Origin: an uncultured Eubacteriales bacterium
Lineage (GTDB): Bacteria; Bacillota; Clostridia; Oscillospirales; Oscillospiraceae
Direction of reading: 5' to 3'
Assembly (NCBI GenBank): GCA_958402445.1
Contig: CATXTO010000003.1
Location: 81,569-145,568 of the forward strand
DNA: 64,000 bases
Shown in pieces: positions 47,937 through 57,871 of the stretch; within the stretch, counting starts at the first letter, position 1; every line of letters starts with the position of its first letter. Under the pieces are notes generated by a model, which was not told where the DNA came from, did not search any database, and worked only from the letters and a program-made list of their open reading frames with translations. The translations under genes and the position numbers were made by a program.

Positions 47937-49635
47937 AAAGATCTGGATTCCCATTGTCAGTGCGGTGCTGGTCGTGGCTCTGGGCGGAGGTCTTGCCTGG
48001 TATTTTACCACCCGGAAAGGGGACGCGGTCAACGTATACCCGGTCAGCAACCTGACTGTGAGCTATTGGGGAGACAACGCCACCACATACGGCACCATAA
48101 CCACCGATAAGCTGCAGACAGTTTACCTGTCGAACACCCAGGAAGTGACGGAAGTTTATGTTCAGGAGGGTCAGCAGGTGGCCAAAGGCGACCCGATTCT
48201 CGCCTATGACACCACGCTGTCGCAGCTTTCCCTGGACCGAAAGGATTTGGAGATTCAAAAAACGAAGCTGCGGCTGGAGGATGCGAAAAAGCAGCTGGCT
48301 GCGATCAAAAAAATGAAGCCTATTTCTTATAAGCCCGCGCCCCCCACCACGACCACCAAGCCGAAGCCCACGGAGCCGGTAAGTTTGACGCCGACCCGCC
48401 CGCTGAATGATAACGAGCGGTTCATGGTTTTGGGCAAAGGATCTGGAAACACGGCGGGAGACCCCAAGGTATTGTGGATCCGACAGAGCCAGACTTTCGA
48501 CGAGAGCCTCATGGCGGAGATTTTGGGCGGCGCCAAAAAGCTATACGTCATTTTGGAGACCCGGGAGGGGGATCGGCCGGCGGGCGAGGTGCTGAGCCGG
48601 ATCGGGGTGTATTTCCAGGTGACGGAGACCACGGAGCCGGACCCAACGGAGCCTACAGATCCCCCCACCACGCCGACGGACCCGACCACCACTCCGACAG
48701 AGTCTGAGCCGCCGGAGAGCAGCGGGGAACCGACGGAGACGGCCCAAACCACAGGTCAGACCCGCTCGGTAACCAAAAAGCACTATTCCTTCACCTTCTT
48801 TGTCATAGACGGCACGGAGGACCCAGGACAGGACGACGACGGCTCCTCCGACAATTCCGGCGGACAGGTCGATATGAACAGCGGTTATACCGCCAGTGAG
48901 ATTGCCCAGATGCGGTCTGACAAGGAAAAGGAAATCAAGGATTTGGAGTTCTCTATCCGCATGGCGGAAGCGGAATACAAAATTATGCAAAAGGAGTTTG
49001 ATAACGGTATCGTCACCAGCGAAATTGACGGCTATGTGGTGGGTGTGCTGGATCCGGCGGCGGCGCTGAGCGAGGGAAGCCCCGTGGTGAAGGTATCCGG
49101 CGGCGGCGGCTTTTTCATTGAGGGAACGGTCAGCGAGCTGGAGCGTAGCAGCCTACAAATCGGCCAGACGGTCAGCGTGACGTCGTGGAACGACGGCATG
49201 AGCTATGACGGGACCATCACATCCATCGGGGACTATCCCAGCAATAACAATTATGGCTACGGGAGCGGGAACCCCAATGTATCCTACTATCCCTTTACCG
49301 TGAGCATCGGGGAAGACGCCAACTTTCAGGAAGGCAGCGGCGCGGAAATTACCTACGGCACGGCCAATCAGGAGGATAACGGCGTATATTTAATGAAAGC
49401 CTTCGTCCGGACGGAGAACAACCACAGTTACGTCTATGTGCGCAACGACGCCGGCGAGCTGGAAAAACGGGAGGTCACCACGGGGGGCGAGCTGTGGGGT
49501 GAGTATATCAAGATCACCAGTGGGATCACGGAGGCAGATTCCGTGGCGTTTCCTTATGGCAAGGCCCTGCGGGAGGGCGCGCCTACCGCAGATGGTAATA
49601 TGGACGAGTTATACCAAGGCTTATATAATTATTAA
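47923..49635 (+). CDS. Second membrane-fusion / adaptor subunit with an inserted domain and Pro/Thr linkers
   Basis: N-terminal TM, VQEGQQVAKGD, VTSEIDGYV, LEKREVTTG. Confidence 0.85.
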   Translation: MKRRKKIWIPIVSAVLVVALGGGLAWYFTTRKGDAVNVYPVSNLTVSYWGDNATTYGTITTDKLQTVYLSNTQEVTEVYVQEGQQVAKGDPILAYDTTLSQLSLDRKDLEIQKTKLRLEDAKKQLAAIKKMKPISYKPAPPTTTTKPKPTEPVSLTPTRPLNDNERFMVLGKGSGNTAGDPKVLWIRQSQTFDESLMAEILGGAKKLYVILETREGDRPAGEVLSRIGVYFQVTETTEPDPTEPTDPPTTPTDPTTTPTESEPPESSGEPTETAQTTGQTRSVTKKHYSFTFFVIDGTEDPGQDDDGSSDNSGGQVDMNSGYTASEIAQMRSDKEKEIKDLEFSIRMAEAEYKIMQKEFDNGIVTSEIDGYVVGVLDPAAALSEGSPVVKVSGGGGFFIEGTVSELERSSLQIGQTVSVTSWNDGMSYDGTITSIGDYPSNNNYGYGSGNPNVSYYPFTVSIGEDANFQEGSGAEITYGTANQEDNGVYLMKAFVRTENNHSYVYVRNDAGELEKREVTTGGELWGEYIKITSGITEADSVAFPYGKALREGAPTADGNMDELYQGLYNY

Positions 49636-49647
49636 GGAGGCGCGGCA

Positions 49648-50970
49648 ATGGAAAATATCAGACTTGCCTTTCAGGGCATTTGGGGCCATAAGCTGCGGTC
49701 TTTCTTAACAATGCTGGGTATCATCATTGGCATTGCCTCCATTATTACGATTGTCTCCACCATCAAAGGGACCAACGAACAAATCAAGGAAAATTTGATT
49801 GGCTCTGGAAACAACGTGGTCTCGGTGCAGCTATACCAAAGCGACAGCGATTATCCCTACGACATGAGTTACAGCGATCCGCCCCAGGGGGTACGGACTA
49901 TTTCCGAAGAGATGCGCCAGGAATTGGAAAAGCTGGACGGTGTGGACAAAGTCTCGTTTTACCGATATCGGAACACTGCCGAGCAGGTTTATTTTCAAAA
50001 CACCTCCTTTGGCGGCTCGATGTATGGGATTGACCATGCGTATTTCCAGGTGAATGGCTATCAGTTGACCAAGGGACGGTATTTTTTGGAGTCGGATTTT
50101 GCAGATAGCCGTAAGGTGGTAATACTCAACACCAAAGCCGTTACCGCCTTGTTTGCTGGAGAGGATCCCATTGGCCAGGTTGTGGAGATCCGGGGCGAGA
50201 CCTTTACAGTGGTGGGAGTAGTGAACCAAATTAAGACCTTTACGCCGACCATTACCAGTTTAAAGGACTATGCTCTGTACGCGGACACCTCCTCCGGCTC
50301 CATCTTCATGCCAGAGAGCACCTGGCCGGTGACGTACCGGTTTGACGAGCCGCAGAGCGTGGCGGTTCGGGCCAAGAATACGGACGCCATGACCAAGGCT
50401 GGCAAAAACGTGGCCGACGCCTTGACGGCCAGCCAAATTATTCCCACAAACGGTGGGGTTTCGAATGAGCCAGTACCCGAGAACGCAGAAGAGGGCGGCG
50501 AGACCGGGCCGGCGGCGACGGCGTTTGCATACCGCAGCGAGGATCTGCTGGAGCAGGCGCAGCAGCTTCAGGATATGAGCAGCGCCACCAACAGACAGCT
50601 CATTTGGATTGCCAGCATTTCACTGCTGGTCGGCGGCATTGGCGTTATGAACATTATGCTGGTGTCCGTCACGGAGCGAACCAGCGAAATTGGACTGAAG
50701 AAGGCCTTGGGCGCAAAAAAGCGCCGGGTGCTCCGGCAGTTTTTGACGGAGGCCGCGGTCCTGACCTGTTTGGGCGGTATTTTGGGCGTTCTCGTGGGGA
50801 TTGGTCTGGCGGAGATGATCTCCAGGCTCAATACGATTCCCGTGGCCATCAGTGTCCCAGCCATTATCATTTCCGTGGTCTTCTCTACGCTGATCGGCGT
50901 GGTGTTTGGCCTAATTCCGGCGGTAAAGGCTGCGAATTTGAATCCCATTGAGGCGCTACGCAGAGACTGA
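49648..50970 (+). CDS. ABC transporter permease (MacB/FtsX-like)
   Basis: RSFLTMLGIIIGI; VGGIGVMNIMLVSVTERTSEIGLKKALGA; PIEALR. Confidence 0.96.
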   Translation: MENIRLAFQGIWGHKLRSFLTMLGIIIGIASIITIVSTIKGTNEQIKENLIGSGNNVVSVQLYQSDSDYPYDMSYSDPPQGVRTISEEMRQELEKLDGVDKVSFYRYRNTAEQVYFQNTSFGGSMYGIDHAYFQVNGYQLTKGRYFLESDFADSRKVVILNTKAVTALFAGEDPIGQVVEIRGETFTVVGVVNQIKTFTPTITSLKDYALYADTSSGSIFMPESTWPVTYRFDEPQSVAVRAKNTDAMTKAGKNVADALTASQIIPTNGGVSNEPVPENAEEGGETGPAATAFAYRSEDLLEQAQQLQDMSSATNRQLIWIASISLLVGGIGVMNIMLVSVTERTSEIGLKKALGAKKRRVLRQFLTEAAVLTCLGGILGVLVGIGLAEMISRLNTIPVAISVPAIIISVVFSTLIGVVFGLIPAVKAANLNPIEALRRD

Positions 50971-51006
50971 GCCATACCACCGTTTTGCAAGAGATACCCG
51001 CAAGAC

Positions 51007-51041
51007 AAGCGGCGGCGGACCCGATTGGTCCGCCGCCGCTT
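51007..51041. terminator. Bidirectional terminator
   Basis: AAGCGGCGGCGGACC/GGTCCGCCGCCGCTT. Confidence 0.78.
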
Positions 51042-51070
51042 CTATTTTGTGTGTATTCTAGGTGTTGCAG

Positions 51071-51841
51071 TTATTGGTCCGCTACGCGTCCTACAGACGC
51101 TGCGTAAATTACAAATTCGTCCGTTTTGCTGTCATTGGGTCCAGAGGGCAGGTGCAGCAACGCGTCGGCGGGGGCCTGGTGGTATGCGCCGATGGCACAG
51201 GCGCCGCAGCCGATGGCCTCGCAGGCCAGATAGAGATTTTGGCACACATGACCGGCGTCTAGCAGCGCGTATTTCTGCGCTTTATTGTCATAGCGCCACT
51301 CGGAGCGGTAGGGAACTGCGGTCCAGACCAAGGAAACCGGCGCGCTGCCAAAAAAGGTTTGCCCGCAAAATGCCTCCGACAGGGCCTCGGAAAGAGACTC
51401 GCTGGGATACAAAAGCTCCAGCTTGTGTTCTATGGCCAGATAGTGATAAACGCCAGGGACCAGCCCCTCCACCCGTTTGGCGAATACGTAGGTTTCCAAG
51501 GGGTGCCGGGCGCCTGCGGAGGGAACGGTACGAAGTGTCGCGGGCCTGGGGGAGACGCGCTTGACGCCCTGGGTGGCCCAGAGCAGAAAGGCCAGCTCCT
51601 CCAAGCGCAGGGGCGCATCCCCATAGACGCGACGGCTCCTCCGCCGTTCCAGCAGGGTCAGGAAGTCGTTGCAGCGAACCACGTCTGGGTAATTCCGCGG
51701 CAGAGGGATCACCTGATCTCCACCCCGGACGCGCTCCAGCGGCGGCTGTGGTAGCTCCAGCTCCTGATCGGTGGGCCGATCCTCCTCCAGTCCGGTATAG
51801 CCCTTCATTCCCTCCCGCAGGGTCATAATGTCTTGTTTCAT
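51071..51841 (-). CDS. SagB/ThcOx-family nitroreductase-like oxidoreductase (stand-alone)
   Basis: RRRSRR, LLWATQG, RTVPSAGARHPLETY, DAGHVCQNLYL. Confidence 0.9.
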   Translation of the reverse strand: MKQDIMTLREGMKGYTGLEEDRPTDQELELPQPPLERVRGGDQVIPLPRNYPDVVRCNDFLTLLERRRSRRVYGDAPLRLEELAFLLWATQGVKRVSPRPATLRTVPSAGARHPLETYVFAKRVEGLVPGVYHYLAIEHKLELLYPSESLSEALSEAFCGQTFFGSAPVSLVWTAVPYRSEWRYDNKAQKYALLDAGHVCQNLYLACEAIGCGACAIGAYHQAPADALLHLPSGPNDSKTDEFVIYAASVGRVADQ

Positions 51842-51872
51842 CCTGTCTCCCTCCAGCCCGGTGGGCGGTTTT

Positions 51873-53261
51873 TTAAGTGTGGCGGAACAGTGCCTCTCCC
51901 GCCTTGTAAATGTCTCCCGCGCCTACGGTGAGAATGACGTCGTCCGGCTCCGCAATGCGGCGCAGATAGGTTGTCACTTCCGGCAGAGTTTCAAAGTAAA
52001 CGGCTCCGGAGATTTGACTGGCCAGGTCCCGGGAGGAGATGCCGCTGAGGTTTCGCTCCCGGGCGGCATAAATTTCCGCCAGAACCACCTGGTCCACGGT
52101 ACGCAGCTCTCGCACGAAGTCTTCAAACAAAGCGGCGGTCCGGGTATACGTGTGGGGCTGGAAGGCCATGATGATACGCCGGTAGCCCATGGAGCGCACG
52201 GCGGCAATGGTGGCGTGTAGCTCGCCGGGGTGATGGGCGTAGTCGTCGTAGATATCAGCACCGTTAAAGTTGCCCTTGTACTCCAGGCGGCGGCCAGCGC
52301 CCCGGAAGGACTCCAGGCCCCGCGCCACGGCGTCCCCCGGAATCCCCAGCGTCCAAGCGGCCGCGGCCGCGGCGATGGCATTGCAGGCGTTGTGACGGCC
52401 GTAGACATTCAGGTGTAGGGCGCAGTAGGTCTTTCCACCGCAGATCACGTCGAAATCCCGCCAGTCGGCGGTGTAGCTTTCTCCATGTATCTGGTTTGCA
52501 GAACCCAGTCCGAAGGTGGTCAGTGGGAGACCAGACAGCGCGTCCATGGTATTTTTATCATCCCCATTGGCCAGAATGGAGCCGCCCTGGGGCACTAATT
52601 GGGCAAATCTACGGAATGACCGCTCAATCGCGGTCAAGTCTGGAAAGTAATCCAGGTGATCGGCCTCGATGTTAAGCACAATAGCCATGGAGGGAAAAAA
52701 GTTCAGAAAGGAGTCGCAGTATTCGCAGCTCTCCAGCACAATGGAGTTCCCCTGGCCAACCCGGTGGCCGGCCTGAAGAATCGGCAGATACCCGCCGATC
52801 ATCACCGTGGGGTCCCAGCCTGCCTCCAGCAGGATATGCGTCAACATGGAGGTTGTGGTGGTTTTGCCGTGGGTGCCGGAGACGCAAATGGCGTTTTTAT
52901 AGGTCTGCATGATCACGCCCCAGGCCTGAGCGCGCTCAAAGACGGGGATGCCGGCGGCTCGCGCCGCGGCGATTTCCGGGTTGTCGTTGTGAGCCGCCGC
53001 AGTTCGGATAATACAGTCTGCACCCCGGATGTTTTCCGCGCTGTGGCCAATGCGCACCTGAATCCCGTGGGCCAGGAGTTCGTCGGTGGAAACCGAGGCA
53101 TTCATATCAGACCCGGTCACCAGTACGCCCATATCCTGTAGGACGAGGCCCAATGGCCGCATGGAGACGCCGCCAATACCCACAAGATGCACCCGCTTTC
53201 CCGGGGCCAGGTAGGATTTAATTTTACTGTTTTGTGCAGCCATATCAAAACTCCCTGCCAT
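51873..53261 (-). CDS. murC: UDP-N-acetylmuramate--L-alanine ligase
   Basis: HLVGIGGVSM, SGTHGKTTTT, NIEADHLD, DDYAHHP, FQPH. Confidence 0.96.
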   Translation of the reverse strand: MAGSFDMAAQNSKIKSYLAPGKRVHLVGIGGVSMRPLGLVLQDMGVLVTGSDMNASVSTDELLAHGIQVRIGHSAENIRGADCIIRTAAAHNDNPEIAAARAAGIPVFERAQAWGVIMQTYKNAICVSGTHGKTTTTSMLTHILLEAGWDPTVMIGGYLPILQAGHRVGQGNSIVLESCEYCDSFLNFFPSMAIVLNIEADHLDYFPDLTAIERSFRRFAQLVPQGGSILANGDDKNTMDALSGLPLTTFGLGSANQIHGESYTADWRDFDVICGGKTYCALHLNVYGRHNACNAIAAAAAAWTLGIPGDAVARGLESFRGAGRRLEYKGNFNGADIYDDYAHHPGELHATIAAVRSMGYRRIIMAFQPHTYTRTAALFEDFVRELRTVDQVVLAEIYAARERNLSGISSRDLASQISGAVYFETLPEVTTYLRRIAEPDDVILTVGAGDIYKAGEALFRHT

Positions 53262-53488
53262 AAATTCACTTGGACATCATATAGGTTCGGCTCCCTATTA
53301 TAGTATAGTTTTCCCGGGTTTACAAGTGCTTTTTTGGCGGCGGGCTGCGGCGCCCCAAAATTAGAAAGAGTCGAATGCGCAGACGGACCGCCAGCGGCGG
53401 TAAATCAGAGACGGAAAGGGATCGAAAAAGCTGAAAAAAGGTGTTGATTTTTTTAAAATCTCTGCTATAATAAACGAGCAATCAATCT

Positions 53489-53565
53489 GGAGGCTTAGCT
53501 CAGCTGGTTAGAGCGCATGCTTCACACGCATGAGGTCACTGGTTCGAGTCCAGTAGTCTCCACCA
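53489..53565 (+). tRNA. tRNA-Val (CAC)
   Basis: GGAGGCTTAGCTCAGCTGGTTAGAGCGCATGCTTCACACGCATGAGGTCACTGGTTCGAGTCCAGTAGTCTCCACCA; promoter TTGATT..TGcTATAAT at 53444-53471. Confidence 0.95.
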
Positions 53566-53569
53566 AATT

Positions 53570-53604
53570 CACCCCGGAAACAGCGAGTTTCCGGGGTGTT
53601 TTTA
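53570..53604 (+). terminator. Intrinsic terminator after tRNA-Val(CAC)
   Basis: CACCCCGGAAAC/GTTTCCGGGGTG followed by TTTTT. Confidence 0.85.
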
Positions 53605-53915
53605 TGTGTTTTATGAACTTTTAACATAAGGCATGCCGGAGCAGCATCCCCCTGCGCCACCGTCATATTTTTGTCTTCATAGTGTTTTTCATCATGCAGT
53701 GGGCGTTTACGGTTTCGCCGCCATAAAGCAACTTCGCGTGGGAAGTAATAAAAAGGTTGAATCGATCCAGAAGGAGGAGCAAGGCCATCCCGTGAATTCC
53801 ACCGCGGATGTTGGGAGAGAGGACAAGTCTACATCTATGTGTTTTACGTGGAATGATTTTTGGGTTTTACGGAAACAACAGGATAAACACAAAGATCAAA
53901 GAAACGGAGGATGGT

Positions 53916-54287
53916 ATGAAAGTATTTGAACCATATTTAATGTCGATTAAAAATGAAGAACATTGTGCCCGTATGCGTGAGGTTTTGGAATGGATTCAAA
54001 GCGAATTTCCGGACCTGGAAACGAAAATCGCATGGAATCAGCCGATGTTTACAGACCATGGAACGTTCATAATCGCCTTTAGTGCGTCCAAAGGGCACTT
54101 TTCCGTCGCTCCAGAGGAAAAAGGAATTGAGAAATTTGCTTCGGAGATCGAAAAATCCGGGTATAGCCATGGAACTAATATTTTTCGCATTCGCTGGAAC
54201 GAAAAAGTTGATTTTGCGCTCCTTGAGAAAGTAATCCGGTATAATCGGATGGACAAAGCAGATTGCGCCACTTTCTGGAGAAAATAA
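53916..54287 (+). CDS. DUF1801 (YdhG-like / iron chaperone) protein
   Basis: KIAWNQPMFTDHGTFIIAFSASKGHFSVAPE; GGAGG RBS. Confidence 0.9.
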   Translation: MKVFEPYLMSIKNEEHCARMREVLEWIQSEFPDLETKIAWNQPMFTDHGTFIIAFSASKGHFSVAPEEKGIEKFASEIEKSGYSHGTNIFRIRWNEKVDFALLEKVIRYNRMDKADCATFWRK

Positions 54288-54670
54288 TAATTGTTTTGCA
54301 AGTGCGCGAAGGAGGCATCCTGTACAGGGGCTTGTATGGATTCCCATTTGTAAGCTAGGCATGGGTAGCACCGCACACACCGGTGCCCAGTATGGACCGG
54401 TGCAATCCCTCTATTGGATCGCCAACGGTATTCTATTGATATATGCCCCATTATATATCATTAAAAAAATACGAGTCCAGTTCCGACCAGCCTAGGTTCA
54501 AATTTTCCTGCGCGTTTGGCTGTCGGCATCACCGTGCAGCAAGGCAGAGTACCATTGCATGGATTCCCGCGTCAGTATACCTCGCATTATTCCGACGGGA
54601 CATACAACCGGCCAGACCACCGACAATCCGGTGGCCTGGCCTTTTTATGCTCGTGTGACTTTCTTGGCCT

Positions 54671-55705
54671 CTACAGCGGCCGGTTCAGGCGCAGGACTGT
54701 CAGTGTGGTTGCGCCGTCAATGCTGTCGGAACTGCTATTATAGGTTAAGGAGAACTGAGTCTGCTCCGGCGCGAGAAGAAGAATAGAATTTGAACCATAG
54801 GCGCTGGACTGATCGCCTGCGGTTTTGAAGTAAATACCAAATTCGATATGAGGGCTGCTATTGTAAAACGGGGTGACTTGCATATAGCCTGCGGTCCGCA
54901 GAATCGCGGATACATGAAAGGAAATCAGATAGACGCCGGGGACCAAGGAAATATGAGTAGCGTCCGCTAAGGTGATTTGACCCGTGGTATCTGCGACAAC
55001 CTCACCAAATGGAATCAGACTGCCGTTTGGATAGGCCAGCGCATAGTTCGCATAAAAAGCGGCAGAATCAGGCGGCACGGTTCCGGTTGGCCCCGTGATG
55101 CCGGTAGGTCCTTGCGGCCCCGTAGGCCCAATTGGCCCCTGGACACCGGTAGGCCCGGTGTTGCCTGAGGCGCCGGTTGGTCCGGCAGGGCCCTGGGACC
55201 CAGTCGCGCCGGTGGAACCCATAGGACCCTGGGGCCCCTGAATGCCCTGGGGCCCGGTAGGTCCGGTGGGACCTGTCTGCCCTTGCGGGCCCCGCAAGCC
55301 CTGAGGCCCCGTAGGGCCAGCAACACCCGCGGAACCGGTTGGTCCGGCAGGGCCCTGGGACCCAGTCGCGCCGGTGGAACCCATAGGACCCTGGGGCCCT
55401 TGAACGCCCTGGGGCCCGGTAGGTCCAGTGGGACCTGTCTGCCCTTGCGGACCCCGCAAGCCCTGAGGCCCCGTAGGGCCAGCAACACCCGTGGGACCGG
55501 TTGGTCCGGCAGGGCCCTGGGACCCAGTCGCGCCGGTAGAACCCATAGGACCCTGGGGGCCTTGAACGCCCTGAGGGCCGGCTGGCCCAGGGATGCCTGG
55601 GGGCCCCTGAATGCCCTGGGGACCAGTGGGGCCCTGTAGTCCTGGGCAACAGCAGCGCATTTGATACGGCCAGCAACAAGAAGCTGGCTGCCAGGATTGC
55701 TCCAA
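54671..55705 (-). CDS. Collagen-like (Gly-X-Y) protein, BclA-like, with Cys-rich N-terminus and globular C-terminal domain
   Basis: About 60 GXY triplets rich in GPT/GPQ; TTG at 55705 with GGAGGG RBS; CATAGTCT -10-like element at 55741-55748. Confidence 0.88.
   Translation of the reverse strand: MEQSWQPASCCWPYQMRCCCPGLQGPTGPQGIQGPPGIPGPAGPQGVQGPQGPMGSTGATGSQGPAGPTGPTGVAGPTGPQGLRGPQGQTGPTGPTGPQGVQGPQGPMGSTGATGSQGPAGPTGSAGVAGPTGPQGLRGPQGQTGPTGPTGPQGIQGPQGPMGSTGATGSQGPAGPTGASGNTGPTGVQGPIGPTGPQGPTGITGPTGTVPPDSAAFYANYALAYPNGSLIPFGEVVADTTGQITLADATHISLVPGVYLISFHVSAILRTAGYMQVTPFYNSSPHIEFGIYFKTAGDQSSAYGSNSILLLAPEQTQFSLTYNSSSDSIDGATTLTVLRLNRPL
55177..55578 (-). repeat. Intragenic 162-bp tandem repeat (about 2.5 copies)
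   Basis: CCCATAGGA recurs at 55218, 55380 and 55542 (period 162 = 54 codons); boundaries approximate. Confidence 0.8.
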
Positions 55706-55771
55706 TTGAAATCCCTCCAATGAACATAGTTTGCTATCTCAGACTATGCGGCTGGAGGGAAAATGGGAAAA

Positions 55772-57172
55772 TCAGAGAGGATCCATACAATTGGGCGAAT
55801 AATGGCGGATTATGCCAGCCTGCTCCCAATAACGAAGGCAGGCTGCGGAAGCGTCTGTGGACAAGGCGTCTTCGTCCAGCTGCGTCAAGCGGCCTTGATC
55901 TACGGTGATTTTTCCCTGCACAACCGTATAATCCACCGGCCCTTTGAGGCCCACGGTGCCCAATAGGTTTTTGGGGTCCAGGTCCGCACCCACCAGCTCC
56001 AAGCGATTCCGGCGGAGGAAAAACAGGTCCGCGCACTGACCCACCGCCACAGCGCCCAGCTCCGGACGCCCCAGCAGAGCGGCGCCGCCCCGGGTGGCGA
56101 TTTGGAGAAGTTGGTAACCGGTGGGCGCCTGGGCGGAGGCGTGGAGGCGGTGCAGAAGATACGAAACCCGAAGCTCCTCCAGCAGATTGGACCCGTCGTT
56201 GCTGGCGCTGCCGTCTACCCCCAGGCCCACCTTGACCCCCAGCTCCAGCATTTCGGGAATCCGCGCCACGCCGGAGGAGAGCTTCATATTGGAAACCGGG
56301 CAATGGGCCACGCCGGCGCCGGTCTCCGCCAGGCGTTGCAGCTCCGCCGTTTCAAAGTGGATGCCGTGGGCGAACCAGACGTCCGGTCCCTCCCAGCCCA
56401 GGGAGGCCAAATAGGCTAGGGGACGCAGGCCGTATTTCTCCAAGGTATAGCGCTCCTCGTCCTTGGTTTCGCATAGATGGGTGTGGAGCCGCACCTTGTG
56501 GGACCTGGCCAGTCTTGCGCTTTCCCGTAACAGGTCCGCCGAGGCGGAGAAGGGGGAGCAGGGCGCCAGGCTCACCCGAGCCATGGAGCCGGGTGCAGGA
56601 TCGTGATAGCGGGAGATCAGGCGGTCGGAGTCCTCCATGATCTCCGTGACGGTCTGCACCACAGAATCCGGGGGCAGCCCGCCATCCTTTTGACTCAAAT
56701 CCATGGAACCCCGGCTAACCTCCATCCGAATGCCCAGAGTCTGAGCGGCAAGCAGCTGTTTGCCCAACAGGTCCCCGCTTCCGGCCGGGAAGACATAGTG
56801 ATGGTCAAAGCAGGTGGTGCAGCCGTTCTTCATCAGCTCTCCCAGGCCAACTAGGCTGGCGTAATACAGGGTCTCCCCATCGAGATGCTGCCATATCCCG
56901 TACAAGGACGTGAGCCAGTCAAACAACTCCAGCCGCTGTACCGCCGGCAGATTCCGGGAGAAAATTTGATATAGATGGTGGTGAGTGTTGATCAAGCCGG
57001 GATAACCCAGCAGCCCGGAGGCATCCAAAATCTGCGCGTCCGGGGCCTGAAGCTCAGGGCCGATTTCCCGGATCCAGCCATCCCGGCAAAAGATATCCAC
57101 CCGGTGCAGGACGCGGTCCCTGTCGTCACAGGTGACCAGGGTATGGATATTTTTGATCAATAGTGCGGCCAT
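55772..57172 (-). CDS. Amidohydrolase, 8-oxoguanine deaminase / SsnA-like
   Basis: PGLINTHHHLYQ, APCSPFS, HTHLCET, WFAHG, AHCPVSNMKL, GLGVDGSASND. Confidence 0.88.
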   Translation of the reverse strand: MAALLIKNIHTLVTCDDRDRVLHRVDIFCRDGWIREIGPELQAPDAQILDASGLLGYPGLINTHHHLYQIFSRNLPAVQRLELFDWLTSLYGIWQHLDGETLYYASLVGLGELMKNGCTTCFDHHYVFPAGSGDLLGKQLLAAQTLGIRMEVSRGSMDLSQKDGGLPPDSVVQTVTEIMEDSDRLISRYHDPAPGSMARVSLAPCSPFSASADLLRESARLARSHKVRLHTHLCETKDEERYTLEKYGLRPLAYLASLGWEGPDVWFAHGIHFETAELQRLAETGAGVAHCPVSNMKLSSGVARIPEMLELGVKVGLGVDGSASNDGSNLLEELRVSYLLHRLHASAQAPTGYQLLQIATRGGAALLGRPELGAVAVGQCADLFFLRRNRLELVGADLDPKNLLGTVGLKGPVDYTVVQGKITVDQGRLTQLDEDALSTDASAACLRYWEQAGIIRHYSPNCMDPL

Positions 57173-57417
57173 ATCCGCACCCCCTTCCAGATTCTTTAGC
57201 ATTGACGGGACCATATCAGCTGTTGAGACCAACGGCAAGGCGGGAAGAGGCTGAACGGTCATAATTCTGAAGGAGCGAATACCCCCAAGCTGAAGGTCTC
57301 AGGGGAAGGAACAGGAGACTGCCAAGGCTTTCTTTCGCAGATCAGGAAGCTGCTCTGCCAGCCTTTTCAAAAGGATATGGATAGGCGGCCTTACAAAAAG
57401 GCTTCCGGAAGGACTGC

Positions 57418-57446
57418 GCCGCCCCAGGGCAAGGCCCTGGGGCGGC
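57418..57446 (-). terminator. Hairpin downstream of pyrI
   Basis: GCCGCCCCAGGGC/GCCCTGGGGCGGC. Confidence 0.6.
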
Positions 57447-57453
57447 TTCGGGT

Positions 57454-57870
57454 TTATTTGGCCTTTGTTTCGCAGTAGAGGCACCGGTAGACCCGGCTTT
57501 TGGGCTCAGTGAGCCGAAAAATATGGGGCAGCTCCTGCTCGGTTGTGGTGATGCAGCGGGGGTTTTTGCAGAAAATTACGTTGGTGAGCCGTTCCGGCAG
57601 GGACAGGTTCTTTTTTTCCACCAGCTTGCCGTCCCGGATGATGTCCACGGTGACACCCGGGTCCACATAACCCAAAATGTCCATGTCTACGGCAAAGTCG
57701 GAGTCAATTTTAATAATATCCTTTTTTCCCATTTTCCGGCTGGACGCATTTTTGATGAGGGCCACGGAGCAATCCAGCTCGTCCAGCCGCAGAAGCCGGT
57801 AGAGCTCCATGCCCTTTCCCGCGGTGATGTGGTCGATGACGATGCCGTTTTTGATGGAGTCGATGTTCAT
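57454..57870 (-). CDS. pyrI: Aspartate carbamoyltransferase regulatory subunit
   Basis: IKNGIVIDHI, KKDIIKI, CKNPRCIT, CLYCE Zn site. Confidence 0.96.
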   Translation of the reverse strand: MNIDSIKNGIVIDHITAGKGMELYRLLRLDELDCSVALIKNASSRKMGKKDIIKIDSDFAVDMDILGYVDPGVTVDIIRDGKLVEKKNLSLPERLTNVIFCKNPRCITTTEQELPHIFRLTEPKSRVYRCLYCETKAK

Positions 57871-57871
57871 A

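Noticed and set aside
51071..51841. SagB-like gene as part of a TOMM/RiPP cluster with the adjacent ABC exporter
   Set aside because: No YcaO, precursor peptide or protease nearby; it follows murC and is convergent with the exporter.
57175..57415. Purine riboswitch upstream of the deaminase-like gene
   Set aside because: No recognisable purine aptamer core on the coding strand.
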